From: Vicugna vicugna | Lineage: Eukaryota | Assembly: GCA_013265495.1 (NCBI GenBank) | Contig: MU058153.1 | Location: forward strand, 1,862,001 to 1,926,000 | Reading direction: 5' to 3' | DNA length: 64,000 nucleotides | Part shown: one piece after another, positions 37,365 through 51,821 of the stretch | Numbering within the stretch: position 1 is the first letter of the stretch | Layout of the letters: each line of letters starts with the position of its first letter | Notes under the pieces: generated by a model | What the model saw: the letters and a program-made list of their open reading frames with translations, nothing else | Told to the model about the DNA's origin: nothing | The model's database searches: none | Made by a program: the position numbers and the translations under genes

Positions 37365-37790
37365 TCCTTTTCTCACTTAATCAACACTTATAAAATATCT
37401 ATAAGATGTTAAGCATTGTTCTAGACATTATATTTGATAGGTATGAACAGACTGACGAGGTCCCTACTTTCACAGATGACACTGTGGTGACTGGGGCTTG
37501 GTGTGGAAGGGAAAAATCATGCACGTGTATATACCATCAGGCAGTTTTATGTTTTAGAATGATCAAGAATTGATGTTATGCTGTAGAGAGTGACTGGCTG
37601 GGGTATCTACCATTAGATTCCTCTCTGAGGAAATGACAACTGAGCTAAGAACTGTAAAATGAGGAGGAATGAGATATTCCAAGTTTTGAAAAAAGAGGAG
37701 TCTAAGAAGAAGGAGACAGATGAAAATCAGCACGATATGTCTGAGGGAAAAAAAGAAGACCAGTATATGTGGAGGTGAGATATATGTACG
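37365..37790 (-). mobile_element. L2 3' fragment
   Basis: 'tcaacacttat...ttgttctagaca...tgaacagactgacgaggtccctact...ctctctgaggaaatgaca'. Confidence 0.7.
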
Positions 37791-40700
37791 TGTATACACA
37801 CATACATATTTCCTGAAAAGGAAGGGGAGCTACTGGGATTTCAGCATCACACACAGAATGTGCAAAGTAGAGAGTGTGGTAATAAGCATGGGGCGGTAGT
37901 CTAGTGAAGCATCAAGTTGATTCAACAGAGAAGAAGAAGCGATTTTTTTTCTCTCTCTCTTTAGGTAGTAGGTACACACTACTAGGAAGAACTTTGAGGG
38001 AATGCCTTGATCTGAGAGTCTGCGAATTTAGCTATAGGCAGAAGTGTGATACAGACTTGGAATTAGGAAGAGGTGGTATCACAGGCACATAGTTATAAAA
38101 AGAGGTGCACTAACTCTGAATAAGCAATTAGATTGGTAGTATCATAGGTTAGTTCACGATTGCGACGCTCAAGAAAGTCTTTTTTTATGGCGTATATAGC
38201 CAGGGCAGAGTTCCTTCACATCCTCAATAGAACCAATCCACCTCCACTAGGGACCAGAGGAACTGCTTGTTGGGTTTGTTTTTTTTTTTTTTTCCCTGCT
38301 TCATCTTTAATGTTAATTCAGGGTGATCCTAAAGCTATCCGAGCTCCCTGCTGGTGTTCAACCCACATCAAATAATAATGAGAGGAAGCTTGAAGGTGAC
38401 ATCCTTCTAATCCAGTTTACAGAGACAAGTTTGTTCTTGCAGTAGCACACCATGGAACTTTAATAATTGAATAACTTTGTACAGAAAGAATTTACTTATC
38501 TCGACTTCCATCTTTCTCTTCTCCTGACATCTCCTGTGGGACTTCCAGAAAATGTATGCTTATTTTAAAGTTAAAATATGTTCCAAGATGACTCTATGCA
38601 GAGAGTAGTAAGGGTGTCTACTGTGATTCTCTGCAGCGAGGTGACTTCCAAGAAGGGAATGGAAATGTGGGCTCATGGTAACCCTTCTTCTCCCCGGAAT
38701 ATGTGCATTTCTTGCTGCTCTTGACGTCAGCACAAAAAATAAGGGCAATGATAGACTTTCCTGTTATAAATAAGTGGATCCAATGGGAAGAGAATTACTG
38801 TCTGTAACTCTTGCAAGAAAGAAGATTTTGTCACACTCTTACCACCTCAACCCATCTAGAATTTATGAGACCGGATGATCTTGCTGTTGAAGGATCTGTT
38901 TTTCTAGCTACAGTGGTCTCTCTATCTACTAGGTGGTAGACTAAAATAAATCTTTGTGTGTATTGGCTCATAAAAGAAATAATAGGCATTATCATCTTTT
39001 GGTTAAGGAAACTGAATATCATATAGATAAAAGACTGCATACTAAAAATTTTGCTATCTTAATATAAAATCATGAAAGCACAACTCTATGACTGAGAAGA
39101 GACTTTTCTGTTTCCCATGCAAGGAAACTAATGCCCTAGCTTGGTTCCATGGAACCCTGAGGGCTAGATATATGGTTCTAGGTATATAAATAAATACACC
39201 TATATGTTTATTATATATATTAATATATATAAGATTTAGTGTCTTATAGTAACAGCAATAAAAGAAATGGAGGAAAGCTTAGTCTGTATTTTTCCTAGTA
39301 TGTATTTATTCTTTTTAAAGTGATGGACACTATATTAGATGCCCCCCCCCGAAAAAAAGGATGTCTAAAAAATGGTTTCTGCCCTGAGAGATCTCATAGT
39401 TTAGCAAAAATGGAAAGTTTGATCAAAACTATAATGTATAATAAAGCGGACTGCAATGGAAATCTGAAGCAATTGCTCCAGAAAGAAAAATAAACCTGTA
39501 GGCAAATGGACTCATGGTCTTTTGTTTGTTTAGTTTTATGGTTATTGCTTTTCGTATCCTAGCTTAAGGAATTTTTTCCTAATCCAACATCATGAGATAT
39601 TTTCTCCTATATTCTCTTTTAGAAGTTGTAGAGTTAAGCTGTTAAATTTAGATGTGTGATCTATTTCATTATACATGATATATAAATTCTTCTAATACTT
39701 AACAAATACTAAAGCATCATGATTTCCAAACCAAAGATCAAACCCTACAGGATCACTTCTTTAAGAAGCAGCACTCCTGTTACTTAGTGTTTCACAGGAG
39801 CAAGGCTTTTTAAGTTAAATGTGAATACAAAATTTTAATACTTAAAAATATATATATACATAGAGACAGAAGGAGAGTGTGTGTGAGAGAGAGGATGAAA
39901 GGTCAAGACTTTTTGCATATGGATATCCAATTATTTCAACACCATTTTTTGGAAAGGATTACAGTTTCCCCATTGAATTATCTTGGCACCTTCTGCAAAA
40001 CTCCCTTGACTCTGTAGCGAATTCGCAATTTTTGGATACTTTTCCATGTGGAGATATCTAGTCTCCTCCAATGAGACATACAAGTCTTTATTTTGTTTGC
40101 CTGCCTATCGCCTGGATGTCATTTTTCTCATTTTGGACAAGTGACAAAAAATTTTATACCAGAGACATGCTTTATACCTAAACCCTGGAAGTTTGTGTAC
40201 ATATTTGGTCCCTGTGGGGAGAAGGCAGGAGAGCAAAACAAGCAATTGTTCGTATTAAAAAAAAAAAAATCGAGTCTGTCACTCTGATAACTTAGATTTC
40301 AGTGGTTAAAAGACTTTAAATTATGTTTGATCACCCAGCAAATTTGTCACTTGTTCGTCGCCATGGGGTGCTGATAATGCTAGGTGACCATCTGGCCCGT
40401 AGGTCCAATGCCAGGAAGCAGGCACTTGGCAGAGCTGAAGCTACGAGCATTTCAGTTGTAGTAGAAGGGAAGCTGGACATTTCCTTCCCAGTCTGAAGCC
40501 ATGAATTACACGATTTAACTTCAGAAGTCAGACTGGGAAAATAAGGAAACGTTTTATCATCCTACATCAACTTGGACTTCTCAATTGAGATACTTAAACC
40601 ACTTAGAGCTTACATACTAAAATGCAAACTGCACTGAAGTCTGCTTTGTTTTTTATTTTTTTGTCTTTCTTTTCTGAATTTTCAAAAGTCAGTATTTCAA

Positions 40701-43339
40701 AAGTGCCATAGGCGTGGTATAAATTTTTCATTTGAGTGCAAATGAAATTAAGCTGCATTATATCCAGAGGCACAACCTTGTTAACAAAGTCTTAGTAAGG
40801 TTGTATTTTTTTTTTTTAATTTCTCACAGAAGTGTTCTGCAATTCTAGGTCAACTCAACTGTAATTTGGTCCAAAAGTATTAGTCAAGTCCTAATGATTC
40901 TGTTGACAATTTGGATACTCTGGCACCTTAATACTGTAGCAGCCTAGTATTAAGAAGGCCAAGATCATTAGCTTGAAATAGTTGGAACGCACACCCTTAG
41001 TGGCTGTCACAAAAGTCAGGGCCATTTTTGCAACCACAACGGGACTGTATGTTTTCCAACAGTGGATTTTTCCAGTGTTCTTTGAGAAAAAGTTAGATCT
41101 TTAGGTATCCCCCTTCTGTTCAAAAACCTTAAGTGATTCCCACTGTCAGTGAAGTACAATCTGAACTCCTGAGTTTGTCACTTAGATCCCTTTATGATCC
41201 AGCTTCACTGTCTCATCTAAACGTATTATTCTTCGAGCCCAAGCTTTACACATTTCATATGCTAAAAAACTTAGGCAATGTACTGGGGTTATATTGCAGG
41301 CCAGTTTAATTCCCTAATCAGTGTCATCCTGAGTAATTATGTGTTCATTAGTTTCAACAGCAAGTGACCAACCTCGGTAGTTCACTTTTCTTACAGTATT
41401 TATTTTATTCAGCCTTGGCATTTCCATTTGGATACACATAGATCGTTTTATCTGGATTTCTTGAGCATGATCCATACCTCACTTAGCTATGAATCAGTAT
41501 CCATCTCAGGACAGATCACAATACCTTGTCTTGGTTATAGTAGGTACCTGCGGCAAGTTTGATAGAATAATGAAAAAAAATTGTTGATAATTTTCCAGCT
41601 TGAAAAATCCACACTAGAAATGTTCTAGGTACTGCTTCAAACCTGACTTATAAGTCTTTCTAATTCTAGACGTCAATCATTTCTGAAACTGACAGCCTTT
41701 CATTTTAATAACTCAATATTAAGTTCCACTAAATGAAGTGTATGCATTAATCAGCATCTGATATGAGTAACATCTGGCATGGCTTCGTGAGTGATTCAAT
41801 TTCACTGTTCAGGTTCAACACTCTAGAGTCTTACCACAATACAAATTATTCTTGTAAAACACTTCACTGGGTCATGGCTGGTAACACAGCATCTCCAATC
41901 AAGCTCACTGTCCCAGTGCTCGTCTCCCTGAAATACATAAAGCTAAACATATGTAATCCTCCCTTTCCAAGCACCAATGTTAGAGTCAAATGTGACTTTA
42001 TAGATGGATTTCAGGCGGCATTTCTCTATTACTTTCTGAGAAAAAGATACCTCATAGGAATCTAAAATTTTGTTTTTCTTCTTCTGTTCTTACAGACAGG
42101 CATTCAGTGATTATTTATCCAACAGCAGAGGGGATTGTTAGCATGACAAGTGCCAATTATTGTCAACGTTATCCATATGCAGGGGGTTTCAACAGTTGAA
42201 ATGGTGAGTTTAATTTTAATCGTTTGAATTATTATCTGCAACGTATGCACTGTAGGCTGTGAGTTCTGTGTATAAGTATTCTTGAAATCAGTTATCAGAG
42301 CATTGAATATTGAACACTCTGAAAAACAATTAGAAATATGAGGGTCATTTTAAGTATGTTGTTATTTAGAATATTTAAAGAGAAGCTTTTGTTTTAGAAA
42401 ATGTATCATAAAAATATGAAAAACACATGGAAATTCCAGAATTTGAGAATATTCATAAGTGATAGATGGAAAGCCTCTTATTTAGAGTAAAAAAAAAAAA
42501 AACTCTTCTCTCTGGAGATAAGAAAAGCTTATTTTCTCATGATCCTTTATAATTTTTTAAATAAATAATTAAATACGGAATCATAGATGTTTACAACCCA
42601 AAACCTTTTACTATTCAATCAAGTGTATTCATGAGAGGAGGAGGACGAGGAAGGAGGTAGTAGTGTTTTCAGTAAAGTCCAAAGCAAGTAAGATTTATAG
42701 TGAAGTAGGAAGCAAATAAGATGTTTTTGTAATAAATAATAGAGTAAGTCAAATTGATCCCTGAACTCCATTTGCAGGCCCCAAGACACGCACACAAATG
42801 TACTGAAAAGAATGAAAGAGTCAAAGGATGTTCAAGGCAAGTGTTATTTACTTGTTTGTTTACTTATACTATTTATTATAAGAACAATAGCCTCTAGATC
42901 AAGATTTATTGACAAAATTCCAGGATTTACAAATAACCTAATGGGTGACAAAGTTAAAGATGTAAAGAGATTGTTTCTAACATTTATGTGCAGTTAACTG
43001 ACAATTAATTGATATTATTGTTCATTGGATGACTGACTCTACAATCCATAGAGTTTCCACTTTGCTCACACAGACAAAAAATTGCACTGGTTTATTTAGA
43101 CAAAAAATATTAATTCTCCACCAGGCATATGATCTGCATTCTGGACATTCTTATATACATGGCATATTATAACTTATAATGAGAGTATCTGGATAGGGTT
43201 TCTCTAGAAAAAGTCACTTTGAGTCATGACAGAAACAATAATTTGGGAATTTAAGTTAAAAAAATCTAAAGTTACTAATCATGTAAATGAGATATGTACA
43301 CAATTAAGAGCTGAGAAAAGAGTATATTACTTTTATATA

Positions 43340-43562
43340 CACTTGACCCTTGAATAACAGGGAATTAAACTGCATGGGTTCATTTATACCTAGATATTTG
43401 TCAATAAATATATACTACAGTACTATAGGACTACATGATCTGAGATTTGTTAAATCTGAGGATATGAAATCATGGATACGGGGGCTGATGGTTGTCATAA
43501 GTGAGGTTTTGACTGTGAGGGGGTTGACATCCTTAGCCCCTATGTAGTTCAAGGGCAAACTG
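43340..43562. mobile_element. Tigger2a-like MITE (TcMar-Tigger)
   Basis: TIRs 'cacttgacccttgaa' / 'ttcaagggcaaactg' with TA target duplications at 43338-43339 and 43563-43564. Confidence 0.8.
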
Positions 43563-43638
43563 TATATTGAAAAAAACAAACAAGCTGTAGTGGGACTTAA
43601 TTCTGAAGAGTTTATACATGAGATGCTAGAAGGAAGTA

Positions 43639-43955
43639 CAGTTGTCCCTTGGTATCCACTAGAGATTGGTTTCAGGACTCTCTCTGGTTTCCAAAATCCA
43701 AGGATGCTCAAGTCCCTTATATAAAATGGTACAATATTTGCATATAACGTATACAGAGCCTCCTGTGTACTTTAAATCATCTCTAGATTACTTATAATAC
43801 CTAGTAAAATGTAAATGTTTTGTAAGTAGTTGTCAGTATATGTGGCAAATTCAAGTTTTGCTTTTGGAACTCCCTGAAATTTTTTTCCATGTATTTTGGA
43901 TCTGTTGCTGATGGAATCTGAGGATGTGGAACCCTTGGATACAGAGAGCTGGCTG
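43639..43955. mobile_element. MER2-like MITE (TcMar-Tigger)
   Basis: 'cagttgtcccttggtatcc...ggatgctcaagtcccttatataaaatgg...ggatacagagagctggctg'. Confidence 0.85.
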
Positions 43956-46915
43956 TTCACTTTAATAGACCCACTTTTTTAATGTGTGATATTTGAATTC
44001 CTCACACACTATCTTCATTCTTTGAAAAAACATATAAAATATATTTTATAAACTTTTAAAAATATTTCATAATGAACTGATATCCTACCTTTTTTGTTTC
44101 AAAAAGAGTTAAGTTTCTAACTATTGATTTTTCTCTCACAGATAATTTTCTGGAATTTTGATCCTTGGTTTTGAAGATAAACTTATAATATATAAACTAT
44201 GGATCTGAGAAAAATATTTTTATTGATACCTAATATTTAGTTTATGCATTGTATGATAGTTACATTTTCATGCTCCATTTGGTTTTTTCTTCTGGCAATT
44301 GTTAGAGATAGCTCCTTGCATTCCTCTCAATTATCTGAATTAAGAAACTTCCCAACTAGACTTAAAGCTATTATTTCCAGGCACTCTATCAGATATACAT
44401 CATAATGCAAAGGGGTGCATGGTATAATAAAATGTGTATAAAATGTTTATTATTTATTGAGTATATACTATGGGTAAAATACAATATTAGATGTATTTAA
44501 TGCTGGACTGTTCAATTCTTAAAGTAAAACATTTTGGAGTGGGTACTAACATCCCCATCTTGTTGACTGAGATAATCAACTGATGTTTAAATGTTTAAAC
44601 AAATAGTAGTTACTTGATAACTATTATTTGATACATGAAATACATGAATGAAGGAATAGATAAATGAGTGAAGAAATAAACAAGCAAATAATAAAAGAAT
44701 GGGTAAATATTTAAGCTTCTTCATAGTGACCCACCTAAAATGTGATGGAATTAGGATTTGGACCTGATCTGTGTAACTACGGAGAGCACAGATTTTCTTC
44801 AAAAGATCTTATCCTAGTGTTACAGTTGCTTGATGTGGCAGAGAGTAGTAATTAGGAACATAAATACTGATTCTCAAATTCTTCAATTCAAAAATGGTCT
44901 ATCACTGTATGACCTTGAGTGAGCAATTAATCTGTCCTGAGCTTTTTATGTCATGTGTCTAATACTACCAGATTTGTGAAAGAATTCAATAAAGTAACGC
45001 AAGTAAATTAGTGAAAAAAAATATGTTATTATGTTAATGACTTTGATATTGAATAAACTGTTATCCAAATGGACCCTAAAAATACCTGATTAGCTGGTAA
45101 GACCCACATCCTCAACCTTATCCCAAAGAAGTCCTAAAATTTCCAAATCCTCTAGAGATGCGTGTATACTCCAGAACAGCCTGGCTACAAAGAGCAAGAG
45201 CTGTATTGGCGTGGCTGAGGGTTTTCTCCAGAAAAAAAAGCTAGCAGTTGCATGTATTGGCTTATTCAAGTAAATTAAATTAGAGCTCATTCCTAGGTAC
45301 TGATTTAGATTTCCAAAGGCTTTTTGTTTCTTCTTTCATTTTCACAATAACTACAACGACAAGAACAAAAAAATAAGGGGGAAAAACATAATGGATAACT
45401 TTATTTTTATGCCCAGAAAAACATAGTTCTCCTCTCTCCCCTAGTCTTCCTTCCTCACCTCGTCTCTTCACTCTTTTTCCAGCCCCTTGTCTCTGAACCC
45501 CCTCCTATCTCTTTTTGAAATCTCCAGCTCCAGTGACAGCCACCTCTACTTTACTTTCTAGGCAGCACACTGTTCTTCAGTCCTCCTGTTTATGACGGGA
45601 ACTATTTTTTCTACAAAAGTTCAAAGTTGTAAGTATTAATGTCTGGCAGGGGTCCTATACTGCCTGACTTTTGCCCTGTCCCTACACTTGGCCCATCCTT
45701 CATTCTCAATGAAACTTCAGTTCCTCAGTCTTTTCCAGTTGTTTCAAATCATTTGCTTTGTTCCCCTTTCACTTATCTTTCTGGCCAATCGGGGTCAAAG
45801 ATTCAAGAAATTTGACAATCTTATACCTTCCTTCGAACCCTCAATTTCCTTGACACTCTGCTGCTTTCTTCTTCCTACTCCCTGGGCCCTGGTAATGCTC
45901 AGGAGTATTACTTTTATGCTCCCCAATCTTAGGCAATGGGTATTACTGAGGAAATTCATGCTGTTATATTTCAGTAGGCTTCCATTATTGCTTATTTTTT
46001 TAAAAGTATCTGTTGTTCTAAAATAACTAGCACACCTCTCAGAGTGCTTTGCCTAAGCTCATTCCTCTTATTTAAACTCCCCACCTTTAAAAACCTGCCA
46101 ATCTTCTATTATTTTTGTTGTATGTGATATTTATTTTCTTACTTAATACAAAATACATGTATTTGCCTTATACAACGCTTCTCTAAGTAAGATAAGCGTG
46201 CCTATCCCTGCAACAAACACATCTACTCTCATGCAATGAGTTGAATTTAGAAATAAATAAAACCAAAAGAAGGACACACCTTCTTGGAATCTTTTATCTG
46301 CCAAAATGGAGTTGGGTGGGCAGGATCCAATCATGAGTAAGCAGTTCTTGGTTTCTAACGTCTGGCACAGAAGGAAGATAAGAAGACACACAAACAAGCA
46401 AACAAAAAACAGTCTAGATCACAAATGTAATCTAACTTCTCGAGGACAGCAGCTTGCTGAGACAGAGTCTGAAATCTGATCCCCCTGAACTTTCCTTAGA
46501 ACTAGAACCTTTACTCTGTATCCAGAAGAGCTAGTTCACAGCTTGAGTGTCATGATAATTATAGTTACTTCTAGCTGCAACTATCTGAGAGAGGAAACTC
46601 AAACACTGAGGGAGAAACACTAACATTGGTTGTTTTTCATTTCATTACAAATACAACAGTTTCTGTTTAAAAGGCTCAGAGTTTCATCACTCACTGTGAA
46701 GGAGGAAATGAACTGATGGGATCTGAAACTATTTAGGTTTTCCATTGTTGGCGGAACAGATCTAGATGGAAAATTCCAAAATTCACCTAGATACTTACTA
46801 GGGTAAATTGCAAAATTTAGACCAACTCTTTCAGACTTTTTTTCCTAGTTTATTTAGAAGCTGGAGGACATCTGAGGTGAATTTCTTCTACCTTTCTATA
46901 CTGTGCGACAGGATC

Positions 46916-47370
46916 TGTGTTATTGCTTCCTATTTCCAAGTTAACTGGTCAGCTTACCATAGTATCACGGATGTTGGCAGAAGACATTAGACTCTTGAGT
47001 CAGAGACAAAAGACAGTTACTCCCAGTGAAGCAGGAAGAATGAGCTTGTGTTCACGTGAGTTTCTTCTGGCCCCCAAGGCCCATGGGATAAGGTGGAAAG
47101 ACCCAGAGAGATGCTGTACTCATAGTGTGTTTTGTCACAGCTAAGGATTAGGGAACCCCAATTTTTAAGGGGCTGCTAGCAAACCAATCCAATATTTGCC
47201 TTAGTGAGAGACATCATCTTTATCATGCTGGTCAGGAAACAAAACTTCCCTCTATCTGGGAAAGAGTTAGCACTTCTGTCCTCCAATAATTTTGTTATAC
47301 AAACATCCTTGAAAAGAATAGTCCAGAACAAAAGCTCACATGAGACCTGTGGAGGTGTGAGACTTGTCTC
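46916..47370 (-). mobile_element. ERVL LTR (MER74/MER73-like)
   Basis: 'ggcagaagacattagactcttgagtcagagacaaaagac...tagtccagaacaaaag'. Confidence 0.55.
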
Positions 47371-48214
47371 CAAATTTGGGGGATGATTTGCTCCTTTATA
47401 TTGCGAAGGGAATTTGAACATTTGACGTTAAATTCTGGGACCACCAGTCAATGGCCTATAACTATGGGTAACTTAAAACCCACATCAGAGTGTTTATGGT
47501 TTTCTTCCCCCAATCTGCAAAATGGAGTAATCATAGAATCCAACTCACAGTGCTTTGGTGAGAAAAATGAGAAAAAATGTGAAAGTGATTTTATAGTGTA
47601 CTATATACAACATATTAGATCAGCTATTTTGTTTTAAAATACTAAATAAATCATTAGAAAGATACTAATAATTTAGAAAAACTGGTTTATATTTTTTATA
47701 TATAATATAAACATACACATTACCCCATGATGTTCTCACAATATATTCTCAGACTATTGGGTAAAGCAAGCATATTTCTTTCCACTCATGGGTCTATTTT
47801 TGCAAATATTGTCCTCTAATTAGGAAAATAATAATCATCTATTAATGTATCTTTGCATTAAACTTATCTTGCTAAGGATCCTTGAATAATGAAGATAGTC
47901 TTTATCCTTTCCTCTCCTGCTCTGTACCTGGCACACAACAGATCATCAATAAATAATAAGCACAAAAATAACTTAGGAAAGTAATTAAAATTCAGAGTAG
48001 ACTAAGATTTCATACATGTGCTGCTATCTTTCAAAAGTAGTAAGGACTAATATGGTCTAAAATACACTAACTAGTCCTCACGTGTTAGAGTAGAGGAAAA
48101 AACTTTAATTCACCCAGAAAATTCACTTAATATATTTTTATCCTTCAAGCATTAATTTGTTTTGTGAATTTCATTTCCAGGAAACTCTTTGGAAACCAGA
48201 TATTCAAACCCAAT

Positions 48215-48490
48215 TTCTGCTGTTGCCAGTAATTCTTGCCATTCTTTGGTTGGCAGCTGCATAACTCTCATCTCTGCCCCCGTGATCATGTGACATTCTG
48301 CCCTGCACCTTCACATCACCTTATAAGGACAACAGTCATATTGGATGAAGGGCCCATCTTACTCCAGCATGACTTCATCTTAAGTAATTATATCTGCAAT
48401 AACTCTGTTTCCAAATAAAGTCACATTCTGAGATACTGGGAATTAGTACCCCAGCATATCTTTTTGGAGGACACAATTCAACTCATAACT
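48215..48490 (-). mobile_element. Partial MLT1 MaLR LTR
   Basis: 'ttataaggacaacagtcatattggat...tttccaaataaagtcacattctgag...ggacacaattcaactcataac'. Confidence 0.75.
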
Positions 48491-50254
48491 GGGGCAAATA
48501 GATGAGGGGATCATACAGTGAAGATGAATCTAAATCCTCTGTTGGCAGAAATTGTGCTTACCTTCCCAACCTCCATTACATTCCTACACCATTCAGCCTT
48601 AATTAATAGGGTGGCATCAACCACATGCTCCATCTGGGATCAGACTCTTTGCGGTCTACACAGATGACATGAACTTTGTTAGTTCTAATAACCCAAGGCA
48701 CATGGCAGTATACTTGATCAGTAATTAGTGGCATCTGCGTTATTATGGGAAACACCATGTATTAACTTTTTATGTCTCATTTCATGCAACTGAATTACAA
48801 AAGAAACTGCCTGTCTTTTAGGGCAAATTTGTCTCTCTCACACACATATTCTCTCTTTCTAGACTATTCAAACAGAATTGGAATAAACTGTGTTCATCTA
48901 ACTTCAAGACACAGGGATCTTTAAGTGAGTCTTTGGGATGCTATTTCTGCTGCTTTTTGTTTCCTTAGTCATAAACCACTATAATGACAACACTTTTCTC
49001 AAATAAAATTACCTACCTAAAAATAAATATATTACGGATGTTCCTTTTTGCTTTACATTTCTTTGTGATAAATGTGACAAATAAAAGATGGATAGAATGC
49101 AGTCCTTACTCTTCCAATTTTTGTCATGTAGGATTCATGTATCTCAATTGCAAAGACACTGAGAGTTCCAAAATTCTCCTGCTTACTAGGCTAAGCTTGA
49201 GGTCACAATATCTCAAAAGACTTTTTTAGGAAATCAAATATGCCACGTCTAAATAGAAGTGTGTTCTTCCCCAATCCCTTTTCTGAGAAATTTTTTCACT
49301 AGTTGGTATAAAATCTTGGTTGTTATGGTGACTGTAGTGGGCTGAATTTGAAGTGAATTAGAAAAGACATCCCATAGATGAACAGAAGTCTTAGCCTATG
49401 CAAAGTTCAAAACAACACCTAAGTATTTGAACTGGGTTTAGAAAGACCCTGATGATTGTGTCCATCATGATAGAAAGTTAGATTATGCTGGGGTAGCAAA
49501 TACTCCAAATTCTCTCTGCCTTAAAGTAACAACAGTATTGTTTCTGTTTTTTGCAAATAATATCTAGCTCTCCTTATTGTAGTTTCTTGTAGACACAGAC
49601 ACAGAGTCTCTACCAACTTTTGACATTGTCCTCCCTGCGGAAAGATTCGGTGTTTATGATGAGGGAAAGAGCATGGAGAAGCACACACTGTGTATTAAAT
49701 CCTTCCCCTAAAAATGGTACAAACTACGACTGCTTACATTTCACTGGCCGGAGTAAGTTACGTATTCAGGAACATATTACCCTCCTATGGGTCTGGAAAA
49801 GAAAACAGCCGGAAATCGGAGACCACTGTGCGTCTACTATAGTTCTTATGAAGACAAACATTATTTGCTTTAAAGTTGCCCCACCTTAAATACATATTTT
49901 CTCTTAGTTATTTTTATGTATCTGATTTTTATTGCTTTTAATGGTAACTTCTAAGTAAATATCAATTTTCTTACTATTTGTTGCTGATGAAAATGCAATT
50001 TATATTTGTTTATTAACCCTTAATTCAACCTCTTAACTAAAAACGCCTTATAAATTCTAATATTTTATACATCATTTTGGGTTTTCTATGTAGATAATCG
50101 TGTAATCCATTAAAAACAACAGTTAGTGTCTTCCTTTCCAAGCTTTATAACTATTTTTCTTATATATTTTGATGGGCAAATTTTCCAATGATATCTTGAA
50201 TAGAGAAAGTATTAGTATCACTTTCTTGTCCCTAATTTTAAAAAGAATATTTTG

Positions 50255-50411
50255 TTTGTTCGTTTTGTTTTCGGGGGTGGGGTGGGGTGGGGTGTAATTA
50301 AGTTTATTTATTTATTTAATTTCTTCTTTTTTTTTTTTATGAGGTACTGGGTATTGAACACAGGACTTTGTGCATGCTAGGTACCCACTCGACCACTGAG
50401 CTATACCCTCC
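50255..50411 (-). mobile_element. tRNA-derived SINE, camelid vic-1-like
   Basis: Reverse complement GGAGGGTATAGCTCAGTGG (A box)...GTTCAATACCCAGTACCTC (B box) then an A-rich tail; 17-bp TSD ttaaaaagaatattttg (50238-50254) / ttagaaagaatgttttg (50412-50428). Confidence 0.85.
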
Positions 50412-50732
50412 TTAGAAAGAATGTTTTGATATTCCAAATTCAGTGCCATGTTAGCCATAGAATCTCAGTAGACCTTTCTGAGATTAAGGACATTTCTGGG
50501 TTTTGTTTTATATATCTTCAATATATACTTTTTTCTTAAAATTTGGCATTAATATGAATATTCCATTTTCATTTTGCATAATGCAGTAAATCATGTGAAA
50601 AACATTCCCACAATGTAAATTTAAATGTACTGTTCCTAAGATTTGACTTCTGCCAATTCTTCTTCCAGAATCTGTTCCTAATAATTTATCTTCAAAAGCA
50701 GGGGGAATAATTAGGGAAGAAGGAGAACTGAT

Positions 50733-50789
50733 ATAAAATAAAATAAAATAAAATAAAATAAAATAAAATAAAATAAATAAAATAAAATA
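50733..50789. repeat. (TAAAA)n simple repeat
   Basis: Direct reading. Confidence 0.95.
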
Positions 50790-51440
50790 CAACATAACTC
50801 TATATGTGAAAAGGAGAGGAAGCTGACTGTGGCCCTTGAGGTCCCAGTTTTCTCACTGGGCAAGAAAATGAACTGCAATATACAAAGAGTTTGTTGGACT
50901 CTTTGGTTCTGTCTCTGGAAGTCTCAGTCATCCAAGGCAACATCCCCTTGGCTGCTTAAGCCTTTAATTGTTCCTAAGTAGCCTGCATAGCACCACAGTC
51001 CAGAATTTACTTAGATGGCACAGTAGGCCTTCTGGAAGACTGGTTATTTTATTAAATCTGCAGCAACATGATTCTCTATTTTTTTCACAGGAGAATTGTT
51101 TTGGACCTGAAGTCATATTAAGACAATACTGTTTTTAATTTGCTTTGATTCATCATTTTAAATTCTGCCTCCTGTACCCCTTGGTATCAGGAGTGTCTCA
51201 AATATTAGTAAACATTCTTCTTATTCCTAATTTTGAAAGGAATTCTTCTAATATTTCATAAATCATTACCATGTTTGCTGAGATGATCATAAGTCGAGCT
51301 ATATTGTAAAATCTAAATCTAGCATTTATATTTATTGCAATCACTTACATGTTTTATACATTTGATTAATTTCTACTACCCTAATTTGTACTTATTTTGT
51401 CCTATTTACTTGTTTTCCTTTGGGTTAATTAATGGATTTC

Positions 51441-51441
<1 letters not shown>

Positions 51442-51475
<34 letters not shown>
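51442..51475. repeat. (TG)n microsatellite
   Basis: Direct reading. Confidence 0.95.
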
Positions 51476-51476
<1 letters not shown>

Positions 51477-51821
51477 CTTTCCACTCAAACCTTTGTGTCT
51501 TACAACAACAAACATTTACTTACTCATAATTGTGTGGATTGGTGATGTGGGCTGGACTCAGCTCTGTGTGGTCTCATCTAGGCTCACTCGGATAAATTAC
51601 ATTTCTTTGTCATTTGCAACCAAAGGAAGCTGAGACTGAAATATTTGAGCAGTGAAAGGACAAGGTCTTGAGCCAGAGTAGTTCTTTCAATCTTGTATGA
51701 TAACAATAAAAACTAAAACAGCAAAATTTCGTAACAAAAAGGGAAATCTGGGTTTGGTCTCAAATTCCAATTCAAGCAGCTCTCATTTACCATGTTTTGC
51801 TAAATCAAAAGTTCCTAATAT

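Noticed and set aside
50340..50411. tRNA-like A/B boxes (also at 57958-58032)
   Set aside because: Followed by A-rich tails and flanked by TSDs, so these are SINEs and not tRNA genes
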